Part shown: positions 25,222 to 38,576 of the stretch, piece after piece
Layout of the letters: each line of letters opens with the position of its first letter
Numbering within the stretch: position 1 is the stretch's first letter
Source of the DNA: Octopus sinensis
Lineage: Eukaryota
Direction of reading: 5' to 3'
Length of the DNA: 64,000 nucleotides
Assembly (NCBI RefSeq): GCF_006345805.1
Contig: NC_043001.1
Location: 119,412,001-119,476,000, forward strand
Notes under the pieces: model-generated
What the model saw: the letters and a program-made list of their open reading frames with translations, nothing else
Databases searched by the model: none
What the model was told of the DNA's origin: nothing
Translations under genes and position numbers: made by a program

Positions 25222-25838
25222 ATTCTAGATACATGATGCAGTGATACTTGAATACTATTTAGCGATTCTAACCAAAGTATATCCGTTTGCACTTTTACAG
25301 GTTACAGTACTTAGAATGACGCTTAGATAGGGCACAGTGCATATTTAATGGAAGGCAATCTCAATCGATAGTAAAATCTTTAAAATTTCCACCATGTTTG
25401 CTCTCTCTCTCTCTCGCTTAATTTCTCTCTCTCTTTTTCTCTCCTTTAATTTTCTTTCGTTCCCTAGCTCACATTTACTGCTATCACCTTACGTAAAATA
25501 TGTTTTCTCCTAAGAAACAACAATCGCAGATTTCCAAACCCCTTAATGTTTGGATGATTTGAGAATACTGGAAAACATTTTCCTGGGGCACGAAATAAAG
25601 GTTAATAGATTGTGTCTATTTCAAATATGTGACAGAAATTTAGCTTAAAAAGGCAACTGAGTTTAAGAAATGTAATATATTATATATCTGATTTAGACTG
25701 ACTGTCTATCTATGTATGTATGTATGTATGTATGTATGTATGTATGTATCTATCTATCTATCTATCTATCTAGCTAGCTAGCTAGCTAGCTAGCTATCTA
25801 TCTGTCTGTCTGTCTATCTGTCTGTTGCTCTCTCTCTC

Positions 25839-25936
<98 letters not shown>

Positions 25937-28896
25937 GCGAGCGAAAGAGAAGGAGGGAGGAGGGAGAGAGAGAGGAGGAAAGAAAGAAAGTAAGAAAGAA
26001 AGAAAGAAAGAAAGAGAAAACAATAGAGTATCATGTTTTTCATTGAATAGGCGAACGGGTGGTTATGGTTTAGTAACCAGAACCACCCGTTCTATATGAG
26101 CTAATCTTAAAATATGCTGCTCAGTCTGCCTTAAAGGTGAAGCATTGCGGATTATCTGCACAGTCAACAAATGCTAGTTTTAATACGTAAACTCTTATGA
26201 CATCACTTATATTACAGTGATCGATAATAAAAAAAATGTTTATTCAATCAACTTCATTATTATATATCATCAACAACGCTTTCCTATAAGACGGAAGAGA
26301 TTGCCATAACGTATATAACAATGAGAACGCGGTTTAAGATTGTTATAAATAGGGCCAAATATCATCCTGTTTTACGATGTACGTGTAACAGTTTCTTTGT
26401 TAAACACTTGAGATGGTGCAACTATACTGAATCTGAGTTCAATTCTACTTGAAACCGCATAATAGCAAAATCACATGGTTAATGTAATTTCAGATATTGT
26501 ATGCTTGAAAGAAAAAAAGATGGGGTGGTCAGGACTGGAATGTCTTTAATTATATTTCTGTTCGATCAGGAATGACCTGAGCCAAAAACAGCAAAATCTC
26601 TAAAGCCGTTTCTACTGTAATCATAGTAATATGGGATATTAGCTTGCTTAGAAAACATATTGGAGTTTCATAGAAGAGTTGAACCGAGCACTTGGGGGAA
26701 TTAGATTTAATAGATGAATGAACCGCAAAGTTTACTAGAATTGAGTATCCATACCAATTATTGAGACGGTAGCATCAAAAGTATATATTCATTTTGCCAG
26801 AGTGAGCAGGGATAATTTCAAATGCTCTGGTATGGTATGTAGTAGTTCATTATAGAGAACATTCAGAAACGATGTAAACAGTGTGGATTCAATTAAATAT
26901 GTTAACTAATCACGCCTGACCACATTCAGTACTCTATATTTAATTACTGTTTTTCTCATCACTACCTATGGAAATACTGTGAGAATGTTTAATATGAGTA
27001 AATCATGTTCAGAGTTATCACCCGTGCAGGCGAAAATGATTAAAACGTCAGTCAATGAGTTAATATTATCTTTTCTTAACTGCATAAATAGATTTTAACT
27101 ACATGCATTATGTTCACTGCATTAATTTTATGCTAAAAATTAATATTTTTAGTCGTTCAATTATAGAGTCGGTACAGAAGATCATTCATTTGTAGGTGAA
27201 AGCAATGACGACTAAATCTGAAGTTAGGTTAGTGGTATACATTTTTTCTATCGATGTTTACACCGGCCACCGCAAGTTAGAAATAGTAAGATGTAACTCT
27301 TGACTTTTAGAAAGAAACAAACGCATTGGATGTCAGGATCTCTGGAAATTTCAAGTAAAGTTTTACTGAGGCTCTTTTAGCTTTCAATTAGCTTACAAAT
27401 ATTTTCTTGTTTATAGTTCGCTTTACGAGATGATTTCTGTGTTTTTGAAATGCTAGCGAGTGACAAAAGTAGGAAACTTAAGGGAAGCCTTAATAACTAG
27501 ATGCCATTGTGCTTCTGAAGCCAAGTTTGACAGAAATGGATTTGTGATCAATTTATATTTTTAAGCAATAGCTAATATGGAAAAGTTAACAGAATTAGTT
27601 GCACTGTTAAATCTGAGTGAAAACGCTTGGGGCGAATATCGAGTATTTTCATTTCAATTAATTAGACCTCCGATGCATGATCAAAAACATTATTTTCTTA
27701 ATTCTCGATTTTGCAAGCTCATAAATCAATGGCTAGATGAGAAAAATATTTAAATTGTTGTTAAAATAGTTTTCAAAGTGAATGTACTCTTAATGTACGA
27801 AGAGGTTTCGAGTTCACTTTACCTCCTCGGCTCACTTCCCTAAAGACTTTTATCTTAAATTCTTTGATCTAAAGAGTGTGTATTGATTAACGAATGCGTA
27901 AGCAGAGGGAAGTGTAGCCTCAAGTTGCAAAGAATAAATTCTCTCACTCTACCTGTCATTATTTCAGAACAAAGATATTTTAGTTTGATTCATTAGTCAA
28001 GAATTGTTGATCTTAATCTGTTACTCAGGGCGTTTTGTTGTATAAAATCTTAATTTACATAACTAACGTATTCTGTGGAGCAGAAACTTTTAATTTACAT
28101 CGACCGCTCACTTAGATTCACTACCGTAGAGGCTGGCTTATTTATGACAGCAGTCGCTATTAGCTTCCCATGATTCATTAAACGGAAACCAAAATTTGTA
28201 TCCTTTGTCTTTGGAAAACTTCGTCTAATACTGAATTAAGGAAGCATGTCTATTACAGTGGAAGAATTTAATTCTGATTTACTAACTATAGAACCAGTTG
28301 TATATTGGAAACCAGTTTCTGTATCGACTAGTGACCTCTACTTTCTATTTCCGGTTAGAATCATGTCTCTACACACACATCGTTAATGATATTAGGAAAG
28401 GAATTAAGGACTTTCTCGTAAATATCTAGCTAATGCTTATTTAAGAAGAAACAATCATATTTCCTTTGTGAGAAATATCGCCAGAGAATATCTGTTTATG
28501 CGACTACCTGAACACCTAAGACCGTTTGCGAATATATGATACAAGTTGATATAATTTATCATCAAGTGTGAGTGACGGCTATAGTTATATCGTATATACG
28601 TGTGTGCCTGTGTGTGCGCGCACGCATTTATAAATTCGTCTTTTGTCTATTTTCATAAAGCTTCCCGTTATATATATATATATATCTATATATATATTGG
28701 GTTTTAACCTTGCGCTATTTAATGTTACATGTATTATATAATAATAATATAGCGATACTTTTCTGATAAAATATTAATGAAACAATTGTAAGACTATGTA
28801 ATGAAGCGAATTGGTCACTCTGTTCTCCTTGCTGATAATTATATATAGGTAGGTAAGTTGGTAGGTAGGTTGGTAGGTAAATATATAGATAGATAA

Positions 28897-28930
<34 letters not shown>

Positions 28931-28931
28931 T

Positions 28932-28999
<68 letters not shown>

Positions 29000-30499
29000 C
29001 AAACATACATACATATATCAAAGACATAGGATTTTATATGCATATATAAAATACATATAAACAGTGGAGTCAGTAGCAGCACTATATTATAGTTTTCTAG
29101 GTACTTATGACATATTTGCAAGAAATACATTTTCAAATCCCTAAATACTTCAAAAATCATCTCTCCCTTTTCCTGGTGATGTAGTGAGAGAAAACATTAC
29201 TTCTTTCTATGAACAGTTGTTGTTGTTGTTCTTGTTCTTGTTCTTGTTAACTCCAGGTCCACCCTGATTGAATATACCTATAATCAATAACTTTCCATCC
29301 GTCATAACCTCATATTGTTTTCAAAAGTAATGGATCAGATAAACAAACACAACTTTCGTTTCTTAAGGCTGCAGGGCGTGACTTTTGGCAATTAGCACTC
29401 GGCATAGACGTTCGCTCGTTAGTTTGAGACACTAAACTCTAGAAAAGCCGGTTTAGCTGCTCCAGAAGTGAAACAAGGTCACAATATCAGACATGTCTGT
29501 TTAAATCCTATTGAAACTAAATTCATCTTTGATCTGTGCTCTAGCATTGTAGAAGATTTGACGATTAATGAACCAGCGAGCTAGTCTTTAGACACACTAG
29601 AAATAGTAACCAACTGTTCTTCAGATCACACACTACTATAGATATGAAACTGAAGAGCACTTCACATAATGTAGTTTTAGACTGGGCGAAAATTAAGATG
29701 AGGTGATCATATTTTGAATGTTGATGATTAGACATCGGCTCAGGTAAAGAGGACTTAGTTCTAAAAAACAATGGCTATAAAGCAAAGAAACAAACAAGCA
29801 AAATGACAGTTCCTTTCTTTCTTCTTAACTATTATCTGTATTTCCATATTTATCATCAACTGACTATTGAGACTTTGCTCTGTGTGTGCAAACAAATAAC
29901 TATATAGGTATTTATTATAAGGTTACCGGAATTCCAGTAACCTTATTTCTTCTGTCAGATCATGAAGAATATATTGCGAATGAAACTTGACAATTTAGCC
30001 GTGATAGAACAAGTTTATGATCATAAGACCATTACTTGTTTTATTTTAGAGCTAACTATATATAGAAAATTACAACATTACTTCTTTAAAAAACGGTAGA
30101 GCGTTATATGATGGAAATTTGGCTTCCATTTCTAGCAAGTCACTGGCTAATGAAGAGTATGAACGCTTAGATATAATTTACTCTGTTATATAAAACTACA
30201 GACCATCTCACACAATTGTACAAACACTCAATCAAAGGCATAGCTTATTCGTTTGTATCACATACAAATACACACATTCGCACTTACATATATGACTAAA
30301 GCTCATATGCACTATCAGAAAGATCATCAAACGTATTCATGTGTTCAGGCATAAGCACTCATACTTTTATACACTATATAGAAAGCTCAAGCGCAATTTT
30401 GTTGGGTTTTTTGTGATCCGTATCTTTCTACACGATTATATTGGTTTAACATTCAGGCAATGAGCTCCTGATCCAATGATTTTTATAACGAAGGATGAA

Positions 30500-30590
30500 G
30501 TTTAGTGATATTCAAACTTTTCTGAGTGATATTCACACCCGGGAAAAAGGGAAAGGTCTTTCACGTTTCGAGCCTACATTCTTCATGGTG
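30500..30590 (-). mobile_element. Internally deleted relative of the 55885-56072 HHR element
   Basis: gtctttcacgtttcgagcctacattctt...catggtg matches gtcttttacgtttcgagcctacgctctt...catggtg and abuts (TA)n. Confidence 0.6.
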
Positions 30591-30628
30591 ATATATACAT
30601 ATATATGTGTATATATGTGTATATATAT

Positions 30629-30710
<82 letters not shown>

Positions 30711-30762
30711 CATATATATATATATATATACACATACTTTCACTCATACATACATACACATA

Positions 30763-30809
<47 letters not shown>

Positions 30810-31555
30810 TTATTTGTGTGTGTGTGTGTTTGTCTGTGTGTGCGTGTGTGTGTGTATGTGTGTGTGTGTATGTGTGTGCTGGTCTGTTCTTGTAAATGTG
30901 TACTCTTACACAAACACATGCTGCCCTTAGTGGCTGAAAAGACAGTTGTGCAGATATATACGTGCCAATAGATACATACATACATATATGCGTATGTACG
31001 CGCGCAGTAAATATGAGTATAGAATGGGAAAATCTGCTGTTAAAGAGATCGTATCTTGACATAATTAAATACTGTTATGAGGTTTTCCTAACCATGATGG
31101 ACCACATAACTGATACAAATTTAATTGTAGGTGGCAAGTGGAGATTAGGACTAAATGTACTTTAATAACCATGATATATGAGTGTAATGGTGTTGCTGAG
31201 TAGATGAAAATGTATAGAATAACGTGCCTGAGAAGAAATAAATATGATAAGAGAAAAAAGACCAATAAAAATGTTTTAAGTGAATCATTGATATCTGTGT
31301 ATATTAATTGGTCGTTGTGACTGTTTACACCTCACACTTGAAGTATATATAGAAGTTCGTATCCCGGTTAACATGAAATACACATACACACAAAATATAC
31401 ACTTGTGTGTGTGCGTTTATTTTTAATTTTCTTCTTATCAATCTGGTGTGACGGAGGTTAAAGTAAGCGTTGAGAGAGAAAATTAGCAGCTATTATTGAT
31501 ATGAATGGGATATAGGTGAATCCCAACACCTAGTCTTCGGTGGCCCGCTCTAAGA

Positions 31556-31765
31556 AGGCGAGCTGGCAGAATTGTTAGCAGTGAGAACAAAACGCTTAGC
31601 GGCATTTCCTCCGTCTCTACGTTCTGATTTCAAATCCACCGAGGTCCATCTTGCCTTTCATTCTGCCGGAGTCGATTAAATAATACCAGTCGAGCCCTGG
31701 GGTCGATGTAATCGACTTATCTCTTCCCCTGAAATTGATGGCCTTGTCCCAAAATTGAAACCAAT
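31556..31765 (+). mobile_element. SINE S1
   Basis: aggcgagctggcagaattgttagc...gttctgatttcaaatcc...ttgcctttcat...ggggtcgatgtaatcgactt. Confidence 0.85.
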
Positions 31766-31949
31766 GAGTTACCGCTCTCTGAAGGCCAAGATTTATTTTA
31801 TTTTATTTTCTCTTTTCATATACTTACACATTTTCTCATAGTTCACAAACCCCTTAATGGTGTATAAGTGCGCCTAGCTCTAGGAAGACACGAGTCAACG
31901 AAGAAAGAGTCGCCGGAGTTGACTGGCCTGAAAATTATTTCTGTCAATT

Positions 31950-32350
31950 GTGCTTGTTGATTGTCGTACTGCTGTCAAGGCAGATTTGGGTTTTTCTTCT
32001 GCAGAGCTATTGTATGGTACCACACTGACATTGCCTGGTACGATGTTGGTGCCAGACACTACACAGCCCCATGATTCGGCGTCTTATGTCGCCAGACTGC
32101 GTTCTTATTTTTTAAAATCTTCCGCCCGTGGTTTCCAGGCAACAATCTCCACCCTCTCATGTCCCACCGGATATGGACACTTGGTCGCATGTTTTTGTTC
32201 GAGACGACTCTGTCAAGGGACCTCTTGCTTCTCCTTATAAAGGACCTTTCCGTGAGCTTTCTCGCACACCCAAAGTTTTCACCATCAAAATGAATGGTCA
32301 TGCGGAGACCGTTTCAGTGGACCGACTAAAAAAAGCACATTTTGAGGTGT
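31950..32350 (+). pseudogene. Ty3/Gypsy integrase C-terminal fragment
   Basis: RTAVKADLGFSSAELLYGTTLTLPG, then (after a frameshift) SHVFVRDDSVKGPLASPYKGPF...TVSVDRLKKAH, the GPY/F module. Confidence 0.88.
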
Positions 32351-33265
32351 CTTCATCTCTTGATGACACCGCTGCCACACCCCTCAAGTGTTCCTGAAAC
32401 TCTCATCTTGTTACAATATTAAACAAATTTCCCTCATATTACATCGTATTTTAGAAGAAAATGAAGGATACTCTACATTATGCAGCCTTGAATGTTTGAA
32501 AAGTGGGACTGGCCTATGCTAGAACGTCTTTGATCATAGATCTGTAGCACCAAAGTGAGATTGAACAACGAAAACAGCAGCAATAACATATCGAAAGGCT
32601 TCAGATATTTTTATTATATCTGAAAAAGAAAAAAAAAAGAAAAAAAAGGCTGTAGCTATTTAATGTGTATTTACTTCGGCGACTGGCTTGATCAAGTTTA
32701 TAAATATTTTCTAGGTTGGAACTGGCATTCATTTTCCCTTATAATACATTTATAAACAACTTTTTAAAAAGAAAGAATCTAGAATTATGACTTGAATGCA
32801 CATTTGAAATGTTTTGCTCTCTTTTTTATCTTATTATTTATTTCTTTATTTCTTCTTATCGATTTGCTTGGTTATCTATATTGCTTATAGATTAGCTTTT
32901 CGTTTAGCTAAAAGTTTTTTTTGCAAACTAAAAGCAACAATCTGTGTTATATGCATGCACACTCTGCATAGATATTTGAATGAATGTGCGCATGCGCATG
33001 CAAAATTATATGCGCTAATAAAAACATCTATGTATGTATGTATCTATCCCTAACTTATAGATGTATAATTAATATGAACAGCAGTTTGCAGTGTTTCACC
33101 AAAAAGGAGAAATATATATGTCACTAGATTCGACTAGGGTGTTAGAAAATGCCAACAGTGCTAGAAATAAGAGCTAAAACGCACAAATGCTGTAGTTGAC
33201 GCACATGAATGAAAACATATACACAAACAGGAACCATAATCAGACGAAAGTGCCAGTCGAGAATT

Positions 33266-33316
33266 CTTGATGCTGACGCGTTAGTTTCGGCAATTTCCAT
33301 CGCCTCATCAGTCAAG
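33266..33316 (-). ncRNA. Type-I hammerhead ribozyme
   Basis: CTTGA-CTGATGA-GGCGAT ggaa ATTGCC-GAA-ACTAAC gc GTCAGC-A-TCAAG; U16.1 is mutated to C. Confidence 0.85.
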
Positions 33317-33838
33317 GCAGCATGTCCTCTGTACCTTCTGGACTCGCTTCGCCATTAGTATTTGTTTTCGTCGTCCAAATAATTGGATGATTTAGCGATT
33401 CGCTAATGTGTATACATAAAATTAACATGAGCAGCAGTTTGCGATGTTTTACCAAAAAAGGAGAATAATAAATGTCACTAAATGCGACTAGGGTGTTGGA
33501 AATCATCTGCATTGCTATAAATACGAATTCTCGACCGGCACTTTTCGGATGATTATGGTCCCTGTTAGTGTAGATGCTTTCATTCATGTACAGTAACTAC
33601 AGCATTTGAGCGTTTTAGCTCTTATATCTAGCAATGTAGCTGTTTTATAACACCCTAGTCGCATTTGGTGACATTTGTAATTCTCTTTTTTGGTGAAACA
33701 TTGCAAACTGTTGTTCATATTAATTTTGTACATACACATTTGCCATTAGCGCATCGCTAAATCATCAAAATTATTTTGATGACGAAACTATAAATACTAA
33801 TGGCTAAGCGAGTTCGGAATGAGTTGAGGTCGAGCTCG

Positions 33839-33889
33839 CTTAACTGATGAGGCGACGAAAATGGCCGAAACTGACACGTCATTATTAAG
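33839..33889 (+). ncRNA. Type-I hammerhead ribozyme
   Basis: CTTAA-CTGATGA-GGC gacgaaaatg GCC-GAA-ACTGAC ac GTCATT-A-TTAAG; predicted cleavage after 33884. Confidence 0.85.
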
Positions 33890-34117
33890 AATTCTCGACC
33901 GGTACCTTTCGGACGATTATGTTCCTTGTTAGTGTATATGTTTTCATTTATGTACATTGACTGCGGCATTAAATCGTTTTAGTTCTTATTTCTAGCACTG
34001 TAGGTGTTTTCTAACACTCTAGACGCATTTATTTTATACACACACACACACACACACACACATACATACATATATATATATACTTGTGTACCTAAGCACT
34101 TACGCAGACGCTGGTAG

Positions 34118-34153
<36 letters not shown>

Positions 34154-34220
34154 AAATTTTATTTCGTAATGAGATAAAAAAAAACCAAGGCTGTGTAGAT
34201 TTTACAACATTTAAAGATAG

Positions 34221-34268
34221 GTCTTAGAGCTGTTTCCGGGACATTTATTATATCCCTTCATCGGGGAC
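34221..34268 (-). ncRNA. Degenerate hammerhead motif in a PLE-type terminal fragment (about 34152-34380)
   Basis: GTCC-CCGATGA-A-GGGATA taataaa TGTCCC-G-GAA-ACAGCTCT-A-AGAC; one change from the palindromic stem III ACAGCTGT. Confidence 0.6.
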
Positions 34269-36479
34269 GGTGTGAGAGGATGGTTAAGAAATAGTTAATT
34301 TAGACAAGATATAAAATAGAGAGTGAGGTGGGGGAAATAAAAGAAAATAGATGTGATATATGTAGGGATATTGCATTTGTAGATAGATATATATAATATG
34401 TGTGTGTGAGCGTATGGAGGTATTTAGGTATGTATGTGTTTGTGTGTGTTTAGATATATAAACAGATAAATAGATAATTCAACATAATCATGTTTATTTA
34501 TGTACATACTTATGTACATAGATATAATTCTGTATGTCTAACGCACACACGCGTATACATATACATCGTTCAAAAAACTCGGAATGACGATTTGTGAAAT
34601 TTCAGCTTTGTATATAAAATATGTGTATATTTATACTTATACATACTAACATTCTTTAACGCACCTTTACATCATTAATACAAAATTTACCCTTTTCAGT
34701 ACATTACTTTGCAAAATAAAAAATGTTTTGTTAGCCAAGCAGAAAAAAAGTGAAGAGAATTAATTTTAAATCTGCGAAAACGGAATAAAGTCAATGCATT
34801 GGCGGTTCCACACGAACACAGCGAATCGATATGTATATATATATATATAAAAACGTTGTAAAGGGATTTCATTGTGAGCTTTCTTGGACGTGACACGAAC
34901 TTATCAAGAATATTATATTTTTTCTTCTCCCTCTTAATCCTTGTTTTGAGGACTTCACTCAATCGTGCAAATCCTTTTGCATTTCGATGAATAATTCGAA
35001 TTTACAGGAATTTTTCAATATCAGATACAAATTACGCTCAGAAATATGTATAGAAATCACTATCAATGCCATCATTATCATCGATGTTATTATTATTATT
35101 ATTATTATTATAATTATTATTATAATTAATATTATTATTATTGGAGTTCGTAAGTTGTCACTGAACTTTCTTGTCTTGAATTGAAGGAGATGATTTTGGT
35201 TTTTGCTGTACCATTTTATTATTCAGTCAACCAACATCTTCTCAGTTTAGCTGGCCTTGTGAAACTTTCGCCACTTCTGGGTGTAATCCGTGCATATTTT
35301 GTGACATTTATACTTTCATTTAAAAATAACATAAAAGCCTGCTGTCGAATTTTCAGCGAAATGTCAGGGAATGTATTGGAAGAGCTGTTTTGACGCTGCC
35401 GTTCCACCTTTAAAACAAAGCCCGACCATTGCCATTAACATTGCCGACTGAAACAGCAGCAGCAACAACATTAGTTTACATCAGCAACAAAGCAAAAGGA
35501 AAGAACGATAAAAGCAGAAATAGACAAAATGAAAAGGAGAATAAAAAATAAAAACTAATGTCAAAACGACAGCAACAACAAGAAAAATGAGAACGTAGGA
35601 CAAAAACAAAACAAGTGAAATAGTCTTTTCAAAGCACCAGCCATGACCATCACCACTAACGCCAACACAAAAATTAATACTTGAAACTTGCAAATCTATC
35701 GTTGGTGAGCTCGCCAATACAGCCAAGTGGATAGAAGGAGAACGTGTTTTATCTTTGGTAGAATTAAAAGTGCGTGAAACATACGTCTGAGGTAGAGGAA
35801 AATTTCCTAATAAAAAGTAGGAAAATAGAGAAGGCGACACAGAAAATAGAAAAGGCCTCAGACTATTCTAGGTGAAGAAAACATCGTTAAGAGAAAGAGT
35901 ATGGCTCGGTAGAGGCGAGATTCCCTACGGAGGATGAGGCCAGGAAACACTTCATACAACCCTTAAGATTCATGACTTGATTCTCATACCAATCAACCTT
36001 GACTGTAAGGTGGTAAAAGTATAGGTATTAAACGTACCGCCAGAAATGGACGTCTGTGGGATAGTAGCGGTTGTCCTCTTCGACATAAAGGCAAAAAAAA
36101 AAACATTGAAAGAAAAAGTCCGATGTGTCGCTTGTGTGATGACACAAGCGATCTGTTCACAGCAAAAGAGAAGCAAGTCCCTCACTTATGTCGACGCCAT
36201 CATCACAACAGCAACAACAGAAGTAGTAATGGCAGCGTGCAGCCAAACGGCACGAAGCAGAGCTTTCAGCTCCACTTCTACTTATTCATGAATATCGAAA
36301 CTGAAGCAAGTATGGAAAACAAACACACAGAAAAATATGGAAAATGAGAAAAGATATCTCAACCCTTACTGAAAGAAGAATGGAATGCCCCACCCGAAAA
36401 AGTGAATTCCACAGAATTCTACAGAAATTATACCATATTACAAGTGTACAGAAATTATAGCATATCACATAAGAAAGTT

Positions 36480-36920
36480 ATAATGACAACTTTTATCTTC
36501 AGTAGAAGAGGGATATTCTAATGGAACTCCCTCGTACTTGGCACTAAAACATTTAACCGATATACTAAACCAGATTGGACAAAAATACAAATGTTGCGAG
36601 AGGATTATCAACTTTCAGGTCGTAAGCTGCAGGTGATGAATAACTTGAAAAACTATGAGATAGTACATGGATTCACTAGAATAATTAAATGGAGAATCAC
36701 ATGAGAAAATGTCCAAGCCCAACTTGAAGAGTTGAAAAATAAACTAGTATCATAACCGATAAAGAAATATAACAACATCTACGTGCACCTTACAATAAAG
36801 AAGTAATAGAAAAGATTACGAATGAGCATTTCAAACGCATTAGATTAATACTTAAAACAGAGCTATATGTAAAAAAAAACGAAAGAGAATAGGCATCAAA
36901 CCCCAAGCTCTCCTAGTAAA
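36480..36920 (+). pseudogene. Highly decayed R4-like RT fragment
   Basis: Remnants RRGIF, LALKHLTDILNQIG, MNNLK (from MDDLK) and IEKITNEHFKRIRLILKTEL. The element may extend upstream to about 35400. Confidence 0.55.
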
Positions 36921-37111
36921 TATTTCGCAATTGTAAGCGGATTTGGCAGACAGAAACTGAAAGAAGTCTTCGGGTCAATTTCTTCGGCTAAAAAACCCTT
37001 TAAAGACGATGCTCCAGTATGGCCTGAGACAGGTAAAGAATAAAGGAATAAACCCACACGCCCACACATACACCTAATACAGATATATTCATATGAATAT
37101 GTGTGCTTGTA

Positions 37112-37157
<46 letters not shown>

Positions 37158-37503
37158 AGTTTTTAAGATTTCCTGAAAGTCTTGAAACGTTGATAGACTT
37201 AAGATCTTGTTTCGAACTAAATATACAGGGTAAATTAAAGAATTTTGAAAATCAGTAATAAAAACATTAACTTTAACATAGTCGCGTCTTCAATGGAATC
37301 GTGTGCTTTCGTACCAATGTGCCGGAGATCACCTCTTTCTATGTTATTTCTAAACTCTTCCGAATTCTTGATTATTTTCAAAATTCAATAAAGCCTATTG
37401 ACAGAGTATTACATCAGAATTATGGTCGCGAAATGAATGATATATGTACAACACACTGACACAGACACACACAATCACACAGACACACACACGCACACAC
37501 ACA

Positions 37504-37541
<38 letters not shown>

Positions 37542-38424
37542 TATGCCAATCTTAATCGAAGAAGCAACAAGACCACTATCCATTAAATACTCGAGACATT
37601 AAAATTTTAAATGTATTTAGGTGTATTTAGATGTAAACTCATTGCGTGAAAAGATGTTTAAGTAACTTAATTCCTATTAAACGCCTTATTTTCGTGAGAG
37701 ATAGCTAAAAATGCTTATGATTACGTTTAGCACTTGTATTAAAATATAAACTAATACACTCAACGTTTTAACCCGCATCAAGTACTTTATTAAATAATGG
37801 TATCCTTAATTCTTCGATTAAGATGCTCTCGTGCGCGCATGCGTGTGTCTGTATTTTTCGCCGATGTATATCTACGAAGGATGAAAACATCGGTGGATAA
37901 ACCAAAAGTACCACCTTGGTATTTTTCACTAACACCTGTCGGAAATGCAAAGAACCAGTGATTGGTCCTTGGAAAATTGTAAGCAACGATGTTAGTGTTC
38001 ATCAATAGTGATATAAAACAGACTCAAATCAGCTCTTAGAACCTCATATAGACTCGACTCTTTCTTACTGTATGATGGTGTTCTTCGACCTCAGATCGAC
38101 CCTAACTGATCAAATACTTTCCACGCAAGACGATACCGTCTTTATTTTCTTCCTTGACATAATTTACTCCTGGCATCCAAGTTATTCATACATTTTTTTA
38201 ACATAAGATGTGAGCTGAGGAAGATGTTTGCTATTTCTAGCATACCTAGTCAATCACGAACAAATGTCCTTGGCTGAATATTTTACCACATCAAAATGCG
38301 ATCTTTTGTTGTCTTATCTGAGTTTATTTTATCATTCTACAGTTCCTTGTTTCAAGTCTATTTTGCCTTTTGCATCTCATGACGAGATTTGGGTATCGAG
38401 CTAAATTATTCTTGACCTGAGCTT

Positions 38425-38576
38425 CAGGGCCGTTTTAAAAGAACCATAGTCATAAGCAGAGCAATGTACGGAGGTTTCCTATATAGGTAACGACATAAAA
38501 TAGATTAGCAGTGAAAACTTAGACCCTGGGACGCCTGGGAAACTGCCCAGTGTGCCGATGCCATAAAAGAGTACTG
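38425..38576. mobile_element. Putative hAT-type MITE
   Basis: Imperfect TIRs CAGGGCCGTTTTA / TAAAAGAGTACTG and an eroded 8-bp TSD, ctgagctt / ttgggctc. Confidence 0.45.

Larger units (their letters stand above)
33060..34030. mobile_element. Retrozyme-like array: two inverted partial-tandem arms of a 353-364-bp non-coding unit (family D)
   Basis: The left arm, 33060-33525 (-), repeats aa(t/c)atga(a/g)cagcagtttgc at 33071 and 33424. The right arm, 33525-34030 (+), repeats gaattctcgaccgg at 33525 and 33889. Each arm carries one HHR. Confidence 0.88.
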
